Of a DNA stretch of 34,004 nucleotides, positions 1-9,752 are shown in pieces. The notes under the pieces are model-generated. The model worked only from the letters and a program-made list of their open reading frames with translations, was not told the DNA's origin and did no database searches. Every line of letters starts with the position of its first letter. Position 1 is the stretch's first letter. The stretch is from Gammaproteobacteria bacterium (lineage in GTDB: Bacteria > Pseudomonadota > Gammaproteobacteria > Eutrophobiales > Eutrophobiaceae): positions 1 through 34,004 of the forward strand of contig CAXMWX010000008.1 in NCBI GenBank assembly GCA_963422205.2. Direction: 5' to 3'. The translations under genes were made by a program, and so were the position numbers.

Positions 1-1
1 G

Positions 2-1357
2 CCGGACTTCATCAGCCTGGTTGAGAAAAACTCGCCCGCCGTGGTGAAGATCAGCTCAGTATCAAAACCGCCGACTGGCAAGGGCAAGGGGGGCAAGCTG
101 CCGGAGCAATTCAGGATCCCTGACTTGCCGGAGAACAGCCCTTTTAATGAATACTTCCGGCGTTTTTTTGAGCAACTGCCGGAAGATCAGAACAATTTTC
201 GCCGCCCCCCCTCGCAGGGCTCCGGCTTTATTATTTCCAAAGACGGCTATGTGATCACCAATTATCATGTCATCCGAAATGCAGAACAGGTGCTGGTCAG
301 GTTAAATGACAGGCGGGAGTTTGTCGCTGAGGTGATCGGTGCGGATGAGCGCAGCGACATTGCGGTGCTGAAAATTGCAGGCAATGATTTGCCGCTGCTT
401 GATTTGGGCACGTCTGCGGATTTGAAGGTGGGGGAGTGGGTGTTGGCCATCGGCTCGCCGTTCGGTTTTGACTATTCAGTCACCCAGGGCATCATCAGTG
501 CGATTGGCCGCAATCTGCCGAATGAAAGCTATGTGCCCTTTATCCAGACCGATGTGGCTATCAATCCGGGCAATTCCGGCGGGCCGCTGTTTAATCTGGA
601 TGGCCAGGTCATCGGGGTCAATTCACAGATATTCAGCGGCACCGGCGGTTACATGGGATTATCTTTCGCTGTCCCCATTGATGTGGTGAAAAATGTGTAC
701 ACCCAGTTACGCACCAAGGGCAGGGTGTCTCGTGGCTGGTTAGGGGTGTTGATCCAGGATGTGACCGGAGATCTGGCCGAATCATTTGACATGGACAAAC
801 CGATGGGCGCACTGGTTGCCCGGGTGCTGGCGGACAGCCCCGCTGCTGCTGCGGGTTTTGAAGTGGGTGATGTGATCGTGGGTTATGATGGCAGCGAGGT
901 GGCCTTCTCATCCGACCTGCCGCCCATGGTCGGTGCGACCGGCGTGGATAAAAATGTTCCGGTGGAGATTATCCGGCGTGGCGAGAGCAAGACCTTGCGG
1001 GTCGTGATCGCCGAACTGCCGGAGACCAAAGAAACACTTGCCCAACAACGCAAGCCCGCAGAACAACAAGAGACGCCGGATAATAAGATGAGGATCGTTG
1101 TTGCCGATCTCAACGATGCGATGCGTACTGATCTGAAGCTGCCCAGGCACGGCGTGTTGGTCAAACAGGTGATGGACGGGCCGGCCCGACAGGCCGGGAT
1201 ACGTGAGGGCGATGTGATCATGATGGTGAATAACAAGCGCATCAACGATGTCGCCCATTTCACCCGCCTGATCGCCGGGCTGCCTGAAAATAAATCCATA
1301 CCCGTGCTGATCCAGCGGCGTGGTGCCCCGACCTTCCTCGCCCTCAAGCTGGAATAG
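2..1357 (+). CDS. mucD: DegP/DegQ/MucD-family periplasmic serine endoprotease (5'-truncated by window edge)
   Basis: Frame is open from position 2 (PDFISLVEKNSPAVV). Trypsin triad motifs TNYHV, SDIAV, GNSGGPL and two PDZ domains. Position upstream of lepA matches mucD synteny. Confidence 0.9.
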   Translation, partial: PDFISLVEKNSPAVVKISSVSKPPTGKGKGGKLPEQFRIPDLPENSPFNEYFRRFFEQLPEDQNNFRRPPSQGSGFIISKDGYVITNYHVIRNAEQVLVRLNDRREFVAEVIGADERSDIAVLKIAGNDLPLLDLGTSADLKVGEWVLAIGSPFGFDYSVTQGIISAIGRNLPNESYVPFIQTDVAINPGNSGGPLFNLDGQVIGVNSQIFSGTGGYMGLSFAVPIDVVKNVYTQLRTKGRVSRGWLGVLIQDVTGDLAESFDMDKPMGALVARVLADSPAAAAGFEVGDVIVGYDGSEVAFSSDLPPMVGATGVDKNVPVEIIRRGESKTLRVVIAELPETKETLAQQRKPAEQQETPDNKMRIVVADLNDAMRTDLKLPRHGVLVKQVMDGPARQAGIREGDVIMMVNNKRINDVAHFTRLIAGLPENKSIPVLIQRRGAPTFLALKLE

Positions 1358-1362
1358 TCCCC

Positions 1363-1626
1363 GTGCCGCTGGAGCTGTTTTTATACAGCAAAGCCGCCTG
1401 TGAGCCGTGCCAACATGCCGAAGTGCTGCTCGCCTCGCTTGCCAGTCGGCATCAGTGTGTCTGTCATGTCATCAAAATTGATGGGGATGCCGAGTTGCTG
1501 CACCGCTATGGTGCCCGCGTTCCGGTATTGGAACATCGCCACAGGATCATCAGTGAATCGGGGGTGGTGCGTGCCGAGGTGGAGGGCTGGCTGAACCAGC
1601 ACAGCAAACAACTGCCTTGCCGTTGA
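1363..1626 (+). CDS. Glutaredoxin-like protein (DUF836 type)
   Basis: CxxC (CEPC) near the N-terminus and a RYGARVPVL cis-Pro motif. GTG start. Such genes are common between mucD and lepA. Confidence 0.75.
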   Translation: MPLELFLYSKAACEPCQHAEVLLASLASRHQCVCHVIKIDGDAELLHRYGARVPVLEHRHRIISESGVVRAEVEGWLNQHSKQLPCR

Positions 1627-1683
1627 TACCCATCGGGTTAAGCAGCAGGCTGTCCAGTTCTCTTCGGCGCATTTTTTGCCCAT

Positions 1684-1712
1684 TTTATCTTATCGTATGA
1701 ATACGCTAGAAT
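1684..1712 (+). promoter_or_regulatory. Putative sigma70 promoter for lepA-lepB
   Basis: TTTATC-17 bp-TAGAAT followed by a GC-rich discriminator (CGCCCGC), 40 bp upstream of lepA. Confidence 0.5.
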
Positions 1713-1751
1713 CGCCCGCATTCACGTAACCTGTCGCCGTCTCACATCCAG

Positions 1752-3557
1752 ATGAATAGCATGGAGCGTATAAGAAACTTCTCGATCATTGCCCATATTG
1801 ATCACGGCAAATCGACCCTGGCTGATCGGTTTATCCAGCATTGCGGGGGCTTGTCTGCGCGCGAGATGTCAAAACAGGTGCTCGATTCCATGGAGCTGGA
1901 GAAAGAGCGGGGGATCACGATCAAATCACAAAGCGTGGCCCTGCAATACCACAGCCAGTCCGGCGAGCCGTACCAGTTCAACATGATTGATACCCCCGGT
2001 CATGTGGATTTTAGTTATGAGGTGTCACGTTCGCTGTCGGCCTGTGAGGGCGCCTTGCTGGTCGTGGACAGCGCACAGGGGGTGGAGGCACAGACGGTGG
2101 CGAATTGTTTTTTAGCGATAGAGAATGATCTTGCCGTGATTCCGGTAGTGAACAAAATTGATCTGCCCGCCGCTGATCCGGCGCGAATCATTAAGGAAAT
2201 AGAAGAGATCATCGGGCTGGAGGCCGACCAGGCATTGCAGGTCAGCGCCAAGACCGGGGCCGGTGTGCCGGCCTTGCTGGAGAGCCTCATTGAGCATATT
2301 CCCGCACCGGCAGGCGATCCGAATGCCCAAACCCGGGCGCTGATCATTGACTCCTGGTTTGATAATTATCTGGGGGTGGTCTCGCTGGTGCGTATCATCG
2401 ATGGCAGATTGCACAAGGGGCAAAAAATACGAGTGTTTTCAACGGCACAGGACTATATCATTGATGAGCTGGGCGTGTTCACCCCCAGAAAAAGTCCGAG
2501 GGGGCAGCTTGCCTGTGGCGAAGTGGGGTATGTGATTGCCGGTATCAAGGAAATCGCCGGCGCACCGGTGGGTGATACCATCACCACAGCCCGGCAACCA
2601 GCCTTAACGGCCTTGCCCGGCTTTGCCACGGTCAAGCCCCGGGTCTTTGCCGGTGTGTTTCCGGTCACCTCGGCGGCGTTTGAGGATTTGCGTGAGGCAT
2701 TGGCCAGGCTGCGCTTAAATGATGCCGCCCTGCACTATGAACCGGAGACCTCAGGGGCCCTGGGGTTTGGGTTTCGTTGCGGGTTTTTGGGGATGCTGCA
2801 TCTGGAAATCATACAGGAGCGGCTGGAGCGAGAGTACGATCTTGATCTGATTACAACCGCGCCCACGGTGGTCTATGAAGTGGAGACCACGGCGGGCGAT
2901 ACCCTGTATATCCATAACCCCGCCGACTTGCCGGGCACGGACAGGATGACGGCCATCCGGGAACCGATCATCCAGGCAGACATGCTGCTGCCATCGGATT
3001 ATCTTGGCCCGGTGATCGCCCTGTGTATTGAAAAGCGGGGCTGGCAGAAAAAGCTGCACTATGTCGGCAAGCAGGTGGCGCTGGCCTTTGAGCTGCCGTT
3101 GAGCGAAATCGTGTTAGACTTTTTCGACCGATTAAAATCCGCCAGCAAGGGCTATGCGTCATTTGACTATCACTTTGTCAGGTATCAGCCAGCACCGCTG
3201 GTGAAACTGGATATACGCATCAATGGTGAGAAGGTGGATGCCTTGTCGAGTATTGTGCATCGGGACCTGGCACAGCGACGGGGCCGGGAGTTGACCGAGA
3301 AGATGCGGGAGTTTATCCCGAGACAGATGTATGAAGTGGCGATCCAGGCGGCCATCGGCTCAAAAATCATTGCCCGGCAGACGGTAAAAGCGCTACGCAA
3401 AAACGTCACCGCCAAGTGTTATGGCGGCGATGTCACACGAAAACGCAAGCTGCTGGAAAAACAGAAAGCCGGGAAACGCCGGATGAAGCAATTTGGCACG
3501 ATCGAGATCCCACAAACGGCTTTTATGGCGATACTGCACGTTGGTAAAAATTCATGA
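1752..3557 (+). CDS. lepA: Elongation factor 4 (LepA)
   Basis: [33 protein letters not shown]-terminal [18 protein letters not shown]; 601 aa. Confidence 0.99.
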   Translation: MNSMERIRNFSIIAHIDHGKSTLADRFIQHCGGLSAREMSKQVLDSMELEKERGITIKSQSVALQYHSQSGEPYQFNMIDTPGHVDFSYEVSRSLSACEGALLVVDSAQGVEAQTVANCFLAIENDLAVIPVVNKIDLPAADPARIIKEIEEIIGLEADQALQVSAKTGAGVPALLESLIEHIPAPAGDPNAQTRALIIDSWFDNYLGVVSLVRIIDGRLHKGQKIRVFSTAQDYIIDELGVFTPRKSPRGQLACGEVGYVIAGIKEIAGAPVGDTITTARQPALTALPGFATVKPRVFAGVFPVTSAAFEDLREALARLRLNDAALHYEPETSGALGFGFRCGFLGMLHLEIIQERLEREYDLDLITTAPTVVYEVETTAGDTLYIHNPADLPGTDRMTAIREPIIQADMLLPSDYLGPVIALCIEKRGWQKKLHYVGKQVALAFELPLSEIVLDFFDRLKSASKGYASFDYHFVRYQPAPLVKLDIRINGEKVDALSSIVHRDLAQRRGRELTEKMREFIPRQMYEVAIQAAIGSKIIARQTVKALRKNVTAKCYGGDVTRKRKLLEKQKAGKRRMKQFGTIEIPQTAFMAILHVGKNS

Positions 3558-4369
3558 ATTTTGATTTCTCCCTGTTATTGCTCATCTTGACAACCGGCAG
3601 CGGCCTGATCTGGGCGGCGGATGCCTGGTTTTTTGCCCCGCAGCGCCGGGTGCTGGCCGGTACCGAGACCTGCCCTGACCCTGCCGTGGTTGATTATGCG
3701 CGTTCTTTTTTCCCGGTCTTTTTACTCGTGTTGCTGTTGCGCTCTTTTCTGTTTGAGCCGTTTCGTATTCCCTCAGATTCCATGACGCCCACCCTGCTGC
3801 ACGGTGATTTTATCCTGGTCAATAAATTCGACTATGGGATCCGCCTGCCGGTCGTGAATGAAAAAGTGGTTGATCTGGGCGAGCCGGCACGGGGGGACAT
3901 TGTGGTTTTTCGCTACCCGGTGGACTCGAAAACGCCGTATATCAAGCGGGTGATTGGTGTGCCGGGGGATCATGTGGTCTATAGAAATAAAAAACTCACC
4001 ATCAATGGCAAGGAGATGCCCTTGTCGCTGACCGGTGTTTTCCACACCGATGGCATTGCCAGGGATAATAATGGCATGTATGAATACCGGGAGCAGCTTG
4101 GCCCCCTGCAACACAATATTCTCATGTTGCCACCGGACTATCCGGCGATGATGAGTGATAATGTGGATCTGATCGTCCCGGAGGGCAGCTATTTTGTGAT
4201 GGGGGATAATCGGGACAACAGCAAGGACAGCCGCTACTGGGGGTTTGTCCCGGATGAGAATCTGGTTGGCCGGGCCTTCTTTATCTGGATGAACTGGAGC
4301 AGTGGCGGGCTGCTTAAATTCAACTCCTGGGATGTTGCATGGGACAGAATTGGCTCAAGAGTGATATAA
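3554..4369 (+). CDS. lepB: Signal peptidase I
   Basis: Two N-terminal TM segments, Ser/Lys dyad motifs [10 protein letters not shown] and [25 protein letters not shown] overlap with lepA. Confidence 0.98.
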   Translation: MNFDFSLLLLILTTGSGLIWAADAWFFAPQRRVLAGTETCPDPAVVDYARSFFPVFLLVLLLRSFLFEPFRIPSDSMTPTLLHGDFILVNKFDYGIRLPVVNEKVVDLGEPARGDIVVFRYPVDSKTPYIKRVIGVPGDHVVYRNKKLTINGKEMPLSLTGVFHTDGIARDNNGMYEYREQLGPLQHNILMLPPDYPAMMSDNVDLIVPEGSYFVMGDNRDNSKDSRYWGFVPDENLVGRAFFIWMNWSSGGLLKFNSWDVAWDRIGSRVI

Positions 4370-4370
4370 T
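4362..4370 (+). promoter_or_regulatory. Extended -10 promoter (TGnTATAAT) upstream of the DUF4845-rnc-era-recO-pdxJ genes
   Basis: Exact TGATATAAT overlapping the lepB stop codon, 85 bp before the next start. Confidence 0.55.
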
Positions 4371-4454
4371 CGCTGCCATGTTATCAGTAGATGAGGTAAC
4401 TAACTACCAGCCAGCAGTGAAGATTTTACTGAAACTAACCGAGAGGTATCACAG

Positions 4455-4856
4455 ATGAGAAAATCCTTCCACAACCAAAGCGGCATATCATTTCTGGGGC
4501 TTGTGCTTGTGCTCGGCCTGATTGCCATCATGACGCTGTTCGCCTTGCGCCTCTTCCCGCTGTATACACAAAAGTTTGCGGTTATTACCTCCATGAACAC
4601 GGTGGCCGCCCGGCCTGAGGTAGTGTCCGGGTCAAAACAGGAGATTGCCAAATTGCTGGAGAAAAATTTCAGCATTAACAGTGTCACAGCAATCCCCAAC
4701 AGCACCCGGGAGATCAGAAAACACATGAAGATCATCAAGCACAAGGATGGTTCGCCTCCCACCCTGCAAATATTTTTTGAAATGGACAATGTCTTGGTTG
4801 CCGATATCTTCTTAAAGCTCAACTTCCAGCATGAGGTGCCATTGACAGGACCTTGA
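4455..4856 (+). CDS. DUF4845-like protein with pilin-like N-terminus
   Basis: QSG-ISFLG prepilin-like leader followed by a hydrophobic helix. Conserved position between lepB and rnc. GAGG RBS. Confidence 0.75.
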   Translation: MRKSFHNQSGISFLGLVLVLGLIAIMTLFALRLFPLYTQKFAVITSMNTVAARPEVVSGSKQEIAKLLEKNFSINSVTAIPNSTREIRKHMKIIKHKDGSPPTLQIFFEMDNVLVADIFLKLNFQHEVPLTGP

Positions 4857-4857
4857 G

Positions 4858-5541
4858 GTGGCCGGGCAACTCGTTCAATTTGGCAAGCAGCTTGGTTATC
4901 AATTTAAGGATACGGCATTACTTAACCTCGCCTTAACTCACAGGAGCCATAAAAAACACAATAATGAGCGGCTTGAATTTCTCGGTGATTCAATCCTGGG
5001 TTTTGTGATTGCCGAGGGCCTGTTCAGCAAATTTCCCACGGCCGATGAGGGTCAGCTCACGCGCCTGCGCGCTTCATTAGTGAAAAAGGAGACGTTGGCC
5101 AAAATCGCCCGGGGGATTGATCTGGGCGCACACATCACGCTGGGCACCGGTGAGAGACGGGCAGGCGGCTGGCGCCGGGAATCCATCCTGGCGAATACGG
5201 TCGAGTCCATCTTCGGGGCGATCTATCTGGATGCGGGCTTTTGTGAATGCCGCCGTGTGATCAACACGCTGTATCAGGTATTGCTGGATGAGATCACGCT
5301 TGAGCATATTCACAAAGATGCGAAGACACAGTTGCAGGAATATCTACAGGCCAGGAAATTGCCGCTGCCCGCCTATGAGATCATCAAACAGACGGGCGAG
5401 GATCACGACAAGACCTTCTCTATCAAGTGCTGTGTTGTCGGTATGGATGAGTCTGTCATCGCTGAAGGGACGAACAAGCGCATGGCTGAACAAAGAGCCG
5501 CCGACAAGATGATAGCCTTGCTGAACTCACAACACACCTGA
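4858..5541 (+). CDS. rnc: Ribonuclease III
   Basis: Signature NERLEFLGDS and C-terminal dsRBD (KDAKTQLQEYLQ...AEQRAA). GTG start. Confidence 0.98.
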   Translation: MAGQLVQFGKQLGYQFKDTALLNLALTHRSHKKHNNERLEFLGDSILGFVIAEGLFSKFPTADEGQLTRLRASLVKKETLAKIARGIDLGAHITLGTGERRAGGWRRESILANTVESIFGAIYLDAGFCECRRVINTLYQVLLDEITLEHIHKDAKTQLQEYLQARKLPLPAYEIIKQTGEDHDKTFSIKCCVVGMDESVIAEGTNKRMAEQRAADKMIALLNSQHT

Positions 5542-5556
5542 CAGCCGGTCAGTTGC

Positions 5557-6462
5557 ATGTCGCAAGGCAGACAGTTCAAAACCGGCTATATTGCCATCAT
5601 CGGGCGTCCAAACACGGGCAAATCGACTCTGCTCAATGCCCTCATCAAGCAGAAGATCAGTATCGTCTCCAGAAGGCCGCAGACCACCCGCTGGCCGGTG
5701 CAAGGCATAAAGACCACAGCAAGCGGCCAGTTGATCTTCATTGACACGCCAGGCTATCAGACAAAACACACCGCTGAGGTAAATCGCCTGATGAATCAGG
5801 AGGTGGTGAACAGCCTGTCGTATTGTGATGCGGTGGTGTGGGTATGCACTGCCCTGAAATGGCAGGCGGAAGAGCAGCTGATGTTACCCTTGCTGGGCAA
5901 CAGGCGCTCGCCGGTTATTTTACTGCTGAACAAAGTGGATCAGGTAACAGACAAACGTACCCTGCTGCCGTTTGTTGAGAAGCTACGCAGGGTTTATACA
6001 TTTGCCGAGATCATGCCGCTGTCTGCAAGAAGGCGCAAAGATGTCGACCGGCTGGAGCGAAAACTCCATGCGTATATGCCGATGCGTGAGCCGGTGTATG
6101 CCGCTGATAGAATCACGAACAAAAGTGTGCGCTTCATCGTTGCTGAGTGCCTGAGAGAGCAGATGTTTTTGCAGCTGGGTGATGAGCTGCCGCACAAGAC
6201 GACAGTGACGATAGACAGCTATGATGAAGGGCCTCAGCTGGTGGTAATCCATGCCACGATATGGATAGCAAGCGAATCCCACAAGGGCATGATCATTGGT
6301 GAGAAAGGGGCAAGATTACGACAGATTGGCCAGGCCGCCCGGGCAGAGATGCAGCGCTTGCTGGATAAAAAAGTCGTGTTGAAGAGCTGGATAAAATTAA
6401 AGCCAAACTGGCGCGATGACATCAACGCCCTGAAACAACTGGGCTATGTCGAATCGGGCTGA
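5557..6462 (+). CDS. era: GTPase Era
   Basis: GRPNTGKSTL, PQTTR, DTPG, NKVD, KH domain IIGEKG. Confidence 0.98.
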   Translation: MSQGRQFKTGYIAIIGRPNTGKSTLLNALIKQKISIVSRRPQTTRWPVQGIKTTASGQLIFIDTPGYQTKHTAEVNRLMNQEVVNSLSYCDAVVWVCTALKWQAEEQLMLPLLGNRRSPVILLLNKVDQVTDKRTLLPFVEKLRRVYTFAEIMPLSARRRKDVDRLERKLHAYMPMREPVYAADRITNKSVRFIVAECLREQMFLQLGDELPHKTTVTIDSYDEGPQLVVIHATIWIASESHKGMIIGEKGARLRQIGQAARAEMQRLLDKKVVLKSWIKLKPNWRDDINALKQLGYVESG

Positions 6463-6464
6463 CC

Positions 6465-7199
6465 ATGCGTGTCGAACTGCATCCCTGTTATGTGCTTCAC
6501 GGCAGAAAATACCGTGAGACGAGTTTGATTTTAGACATATTTTCAGCAGAGTTTGGCAGGCTGCGTCTGGTTGCCCGGGGCGGTCGAAAAGAAAAGAATA
6601 ACAAACGTGCCCTGATGCAGGTCGGCCGGCCGGTAAACATGGCCTGGACGATACGCAAAGAGATGGGCACCCTCACAGCCATCGAGCCTGCCGGCCCGCC
6701 GTGGCATCTGGCCGGGCGCCTGTTGCTGGCCGTTTTTTATATGAACGAGTTGCTGGTCAGGCTGTTGCATCAGCATGAACCCCATGGCGGGCTTTTTTCA
6801 GCCTATGAAGCGGCCCTGGCCGCCCTGGCTAATCAGGCCGATGAAGAGGCCGTGTTGCGTATCTTTGAAAAGCGGCTGCTGGCAGCGTTAGGTTACGGCC
6901 TGGTATTGGCTACAGACAGTGACGGCAATGCCATTCAACGGCTGGGCGATTATCAGTATCATCTGCAAACAGGGCCGGTGCAGTGCAGGCCGGGAAGCGA
7001 TAACATCGTCTCCTGTACGGGCAAAACACTGCTGGCCCTGGCCGATGAGGACCTGGCAGATGCAGACAGCAGGCGGCAGGCAAAGCGGTTGATGCGGTAT
7101 GTGCTGGGCGATCTCCTGGGCGATAAAAAGCTGGCCAGCAGGGTGCTCTACCAAGCCTATCTGCATAACAGAAGCCCGCATGATCAGCCGGCAGGATGA
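6465..7199 (+). CDS. recO: DNA repair protein RecO
   Basis: YVLH..YRETSLI N-terminus, [23 protein letters not shown]. Follows era. Confidence 0.95.
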   Translation: MRVELHPCYVLHGRKYRETSLILDIFSAEFGRLRLVARGGRKEKNNKRALMQVGRPVNMAWTIRKEMGTLTAIEPAGPPWHLAGRLLLAVFYMNELLVRLLHQHEPHGGLFSAYEAALAALANQADEEAVLRIFEKRLLAALGYGLVLATDSDGNAIQRLGDYQYHLQTGPVQCRPGSDNIVSCTGKTLLALADEDLADADSRRQAKRLMRYVLGDLLGDKKLASRVLYQAYLHNRSPHDQPAG

Positions 7200-7963
7200 G
7201 CATGGCCACCGTGATAAAACCGATCAAACTGGGCGTTAATATTGATCATATTGCCACCCTGCGCCAGGCACGATTAACGCCGTATCCCAATCCTGTCAAG
7301 GCGGCGGCGATCATCACCCGGGCTGGGGCGGACTCGATTACGGTACACCTGCGTGAAGACAAGCGACACATACAGGATGATGATGTTATCCGGTTGAAAG
7401 AGGAGTTACGCCTGCCATTGAATCTGGAAATGGCCGTGACCGAAGGGATGCTGCGGTTTGCCGAGCAGGTTCAGCCGGCCTATTGTTGCCTGGTGCCTGA
7501 GAAGCGTGATGAGCTGACCACCGAAGGCGGCCTGGATGTTACCGGGCAGGGGGAGAGGATTCGTGCTGCTGTGGCACGTTTGCAGCAGGCCGGCTGTCAG
7601 GTCTCTTTATTCATTGATGCCGATGAGCAGCAGATTGATTCTGCGGCGATGACCGGCACTGACATGATAGAGCTGCATACCGGCCCCTATGCCGAGGCCA
7701 GCACCCCTGCCGGGCGCAAGGCCGAATTGAGCAAAATAGCCACCGCCACAGATCATGCCATCTCATGCCGGTTGCAGGTCAACGCCGGGCATGGCCTGAA
7801 TTATGATAACGTGCAGCCAATCGCCACCCTGCCAGCGCTTGCTGAACTGAATATTGGTCATGCCATCATTGCCAGGGCGGTCTTTACCGGCCTGGAAAAT
7901 GCGGTGCGAACGATGCACAAGCTGATGTCCACAGCACGTACAGGAAACGGGCATGGCGAATGA
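7196..7963 (+). CDS. pdxJ: Pyridoxine 5'-phosphate synthase
   Basis: [45 protein letters not shown]. Start may be 7202. Confidence 0.98.
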   Translation: MSMATVIKPIKLGVNIDHIATLRQARLTPYPNPVKAAAIITRAGADSITVHLREDKRHIQDDDVIRLKEELRLPLNLEMAVTEGMLRFAEQVQPAYCCLVPEKRDELTTEGGLDVTGQGERIRAAVARLQQAGCQVSLFIDADEQQIDSAAMTGTDMIELHTGPYAEASTPAGRKAELSKIATATDHAISCRLQVNAGHGLNYDNVQPIATLPALAELNIGHAIIARAVFTGLENAVRTMHKLMSTARTGNGHGE

Positions 7964-9551
7964 TGCTGTCAAGAATGAGGTAAATAAACGCCGTACCTTT
8001 GCCATTATCTCCCATCCAGATGCGGGCAAGACCACAGTCACCGAGCAGCTATTGCTCTATGGCGGTGCTATTCAACTGGCGGGCACGGTGAAGGCGAGAA
8101 AAGCCGCCCGTCATGCCACCTCTGACTGGATGCAGATGGAGAAGGAACGGGGAATCTCTATCAGCAGTGCGGTGATGCAGTTCATCTATCAGGGCAAAAT
8201 TATCAATTTGCTGGATACGCCCGGCCATGCCGATTTTTCTGAGGATACCTACCGCACCTTGACCGCCGTTGATTCCGCCCTGATGGTCATCGATGTTGCC
8301 AAGGGGGTGGAAGAGCGCACGGTCAAGCTGATGGATATCTGCCGTTTGCGTAACACGCCTATCCTGACATTCATCAACAAATTAGACCGGGAAGGCAAAG
8401 AGGCGGTAGCCCTGCTGGATGAAATTGAACAGGAGCTCGCCATTGAATGCGCCCCGGTGACCTGGCCTGTCGGGATGGGCAACCGCCTTCTGGGCATCTA
8501 TCACATCCCGAACGATGAGATCATCCTGTATAAAAAAAACACGGAAACACCATCTGCCCATGTCATTAAAGGGCTGGCAAGCGAGCAGGCAAAACACCTG
8601 TTGGTTGAGCAGTACGCCCCGGTGGTTGAAGAGATCGAACTAATCAAGGCCGCCTGCCCGTCTTTTTCCCGGCAGGATTATCTGACCGCCCGCCAGACCC
8701 CGGTGTTCTTCGGCACGGCACTGCATAATTTTGGCGTGGCCGAGATGCTGCACTACCTGATTGAGTATGCGCCCGCCCCGGTGTCCCGAAAGACCCGGCA
8801 ACGCACCGTGTTGCCTGATGAGGATATGTTCAGCGGCTTTGTCTTTAAAATCCAGGCCAATATGGACCCCGCCCACAGAGACCGCATCGCCTTTTTGCGG
8901 ATCTGCTCCGGTGTGTTCAAAAAAGGGATGCGTATTCGGCATGTCCGGTTAAACAAAGACATCCAGGTAAGTCAGGCCCTGACGTTCATGGCGGGTGAGC
9001 GTGCCGCCACAGAGCAGGCCGGCCCCGGCGATATTCTGGGCCTGCACAATCACGGTACCATCCAGGTAGGGGACAGTTTCAGCCAGGGCGAAGTGCTGAA
9101 ATTTACCGGCATACCACATTTTGCGCCGGAGTTGTTTCGCCGGGTGCGGCTGCGTGATCCGATGAAGTCCAAGGCCCTGCTGAAGGGCTTGCTACAACTG
9201 GGCGAGGAGGGCGCTATCCAGGTATTTCGCCCGCTAAGCTGCAACGATCTGATTGTCGGGGCGGTGGGTATGTTGCAATTTGAAGTCGTTATCTGGCGCT
9301 TGCAGACAGAATACAAAGTCGATTGCAGTTACGAACCGGTGCCGGTGGCCACGGTGCGCTGGATAAGCTGTGCCGATGCAAAGCAAATACAACACTTCAA
9401 GGCCCGGTTAGCGGATAACATTGCGCTGGATGGCGGGGATTATCTGACCTATCTTGCCCCGACCAGCATCAACTTAACTCTGACCATGGAGCGCTGGCCG
9501 GAGATCAGTTTTCATGCCACACGTGAGCATAGCGGGGAGATACCGCCATAA
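7953..9551 (+). CDS. prfC: Peptide chain release factor 3
   Basis: [59 protein letters not shown]. Confidence 0.99.
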   Translation: MANDAVKNEVNKRRTFAIISHPDAGKTTVTEQLLLYGGAIQLAGTVKARKAARHATSDWMQMEKERGISISSAVMQFIYQGKIINLLDTPGHADFSEDTYRTLTAVDSALMVIDVAKGVEERTVKLMDICRLRNTPILTFINKLDREGKEAVALLDEIEQELAIECAPVTWPVGMGNRLLGIYHIPNDEIILYKKNTETPSAHVIKGLASEQAKHLLVEQYAPVVEEIELIKAACPSFSRQDYLTARQTPVFFGTALHNFGVAEMLHYLIEYAPAPVSRKTRQRTVLPDEDMFSGFVFKIQANMDPAHRDRIAFLRICSGVFKKGMRIRHVRLNKDIQVSQALTFMAGERAATEQAGPGDILGLHNHGTIQVGDSFSQGEVLKFTGIPHFAPELFRRVRLRDPMKSKALLKGLLQLGEEGAIQVFRPLSCNDLIVGAVGMLQFEVVIWRLQTEYKVDCSYEPVPVATVRWISCADAKQIQHFKARLADNIALDGGDYLTYLAPTSINLTLTMERWPEISFHATREHSGEIPP

Positions 9552-9554
9552 CAT

Positions 9555-9574
9555 CAGGCATGTCTTCGTGCCTG
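9555..9574. terminator. Hairpin just after the prfC stop (possible terminator between convergent prfC and rne)
   Basis: CAGGCATG-TCTT-CGTGCCTG 8-bp stem; only a weak U tract. Confidence 0.35.
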
Positions 9575-9752
9575 TGTATACTGCCAGCTTGCGTTTGCTG
9601 CCGATAAGCCGGGGCAGGGCAGGTGGCTGTCAGGTGGCGCGCCGGATAACATCAAATCAAGCGCACGCATCGGCCAGTCAATGCACACATCACCGCCGTT
9701 GCCGTTGCAGGGGCATGGCCGGCATTTCGCATGGCTGTGCATTGTCAGTATC

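Noticed and set aside
5194-5196. Asn in place of the RNase III metal-ligand Asp (ANTVES versus E. coli ADTVEA)
   Set aside because: The signature Glu/Asp and the downstream Glu are intact, and Asn occurs naturally at this position in other RNase III proteins. Not evidence of inactivation.
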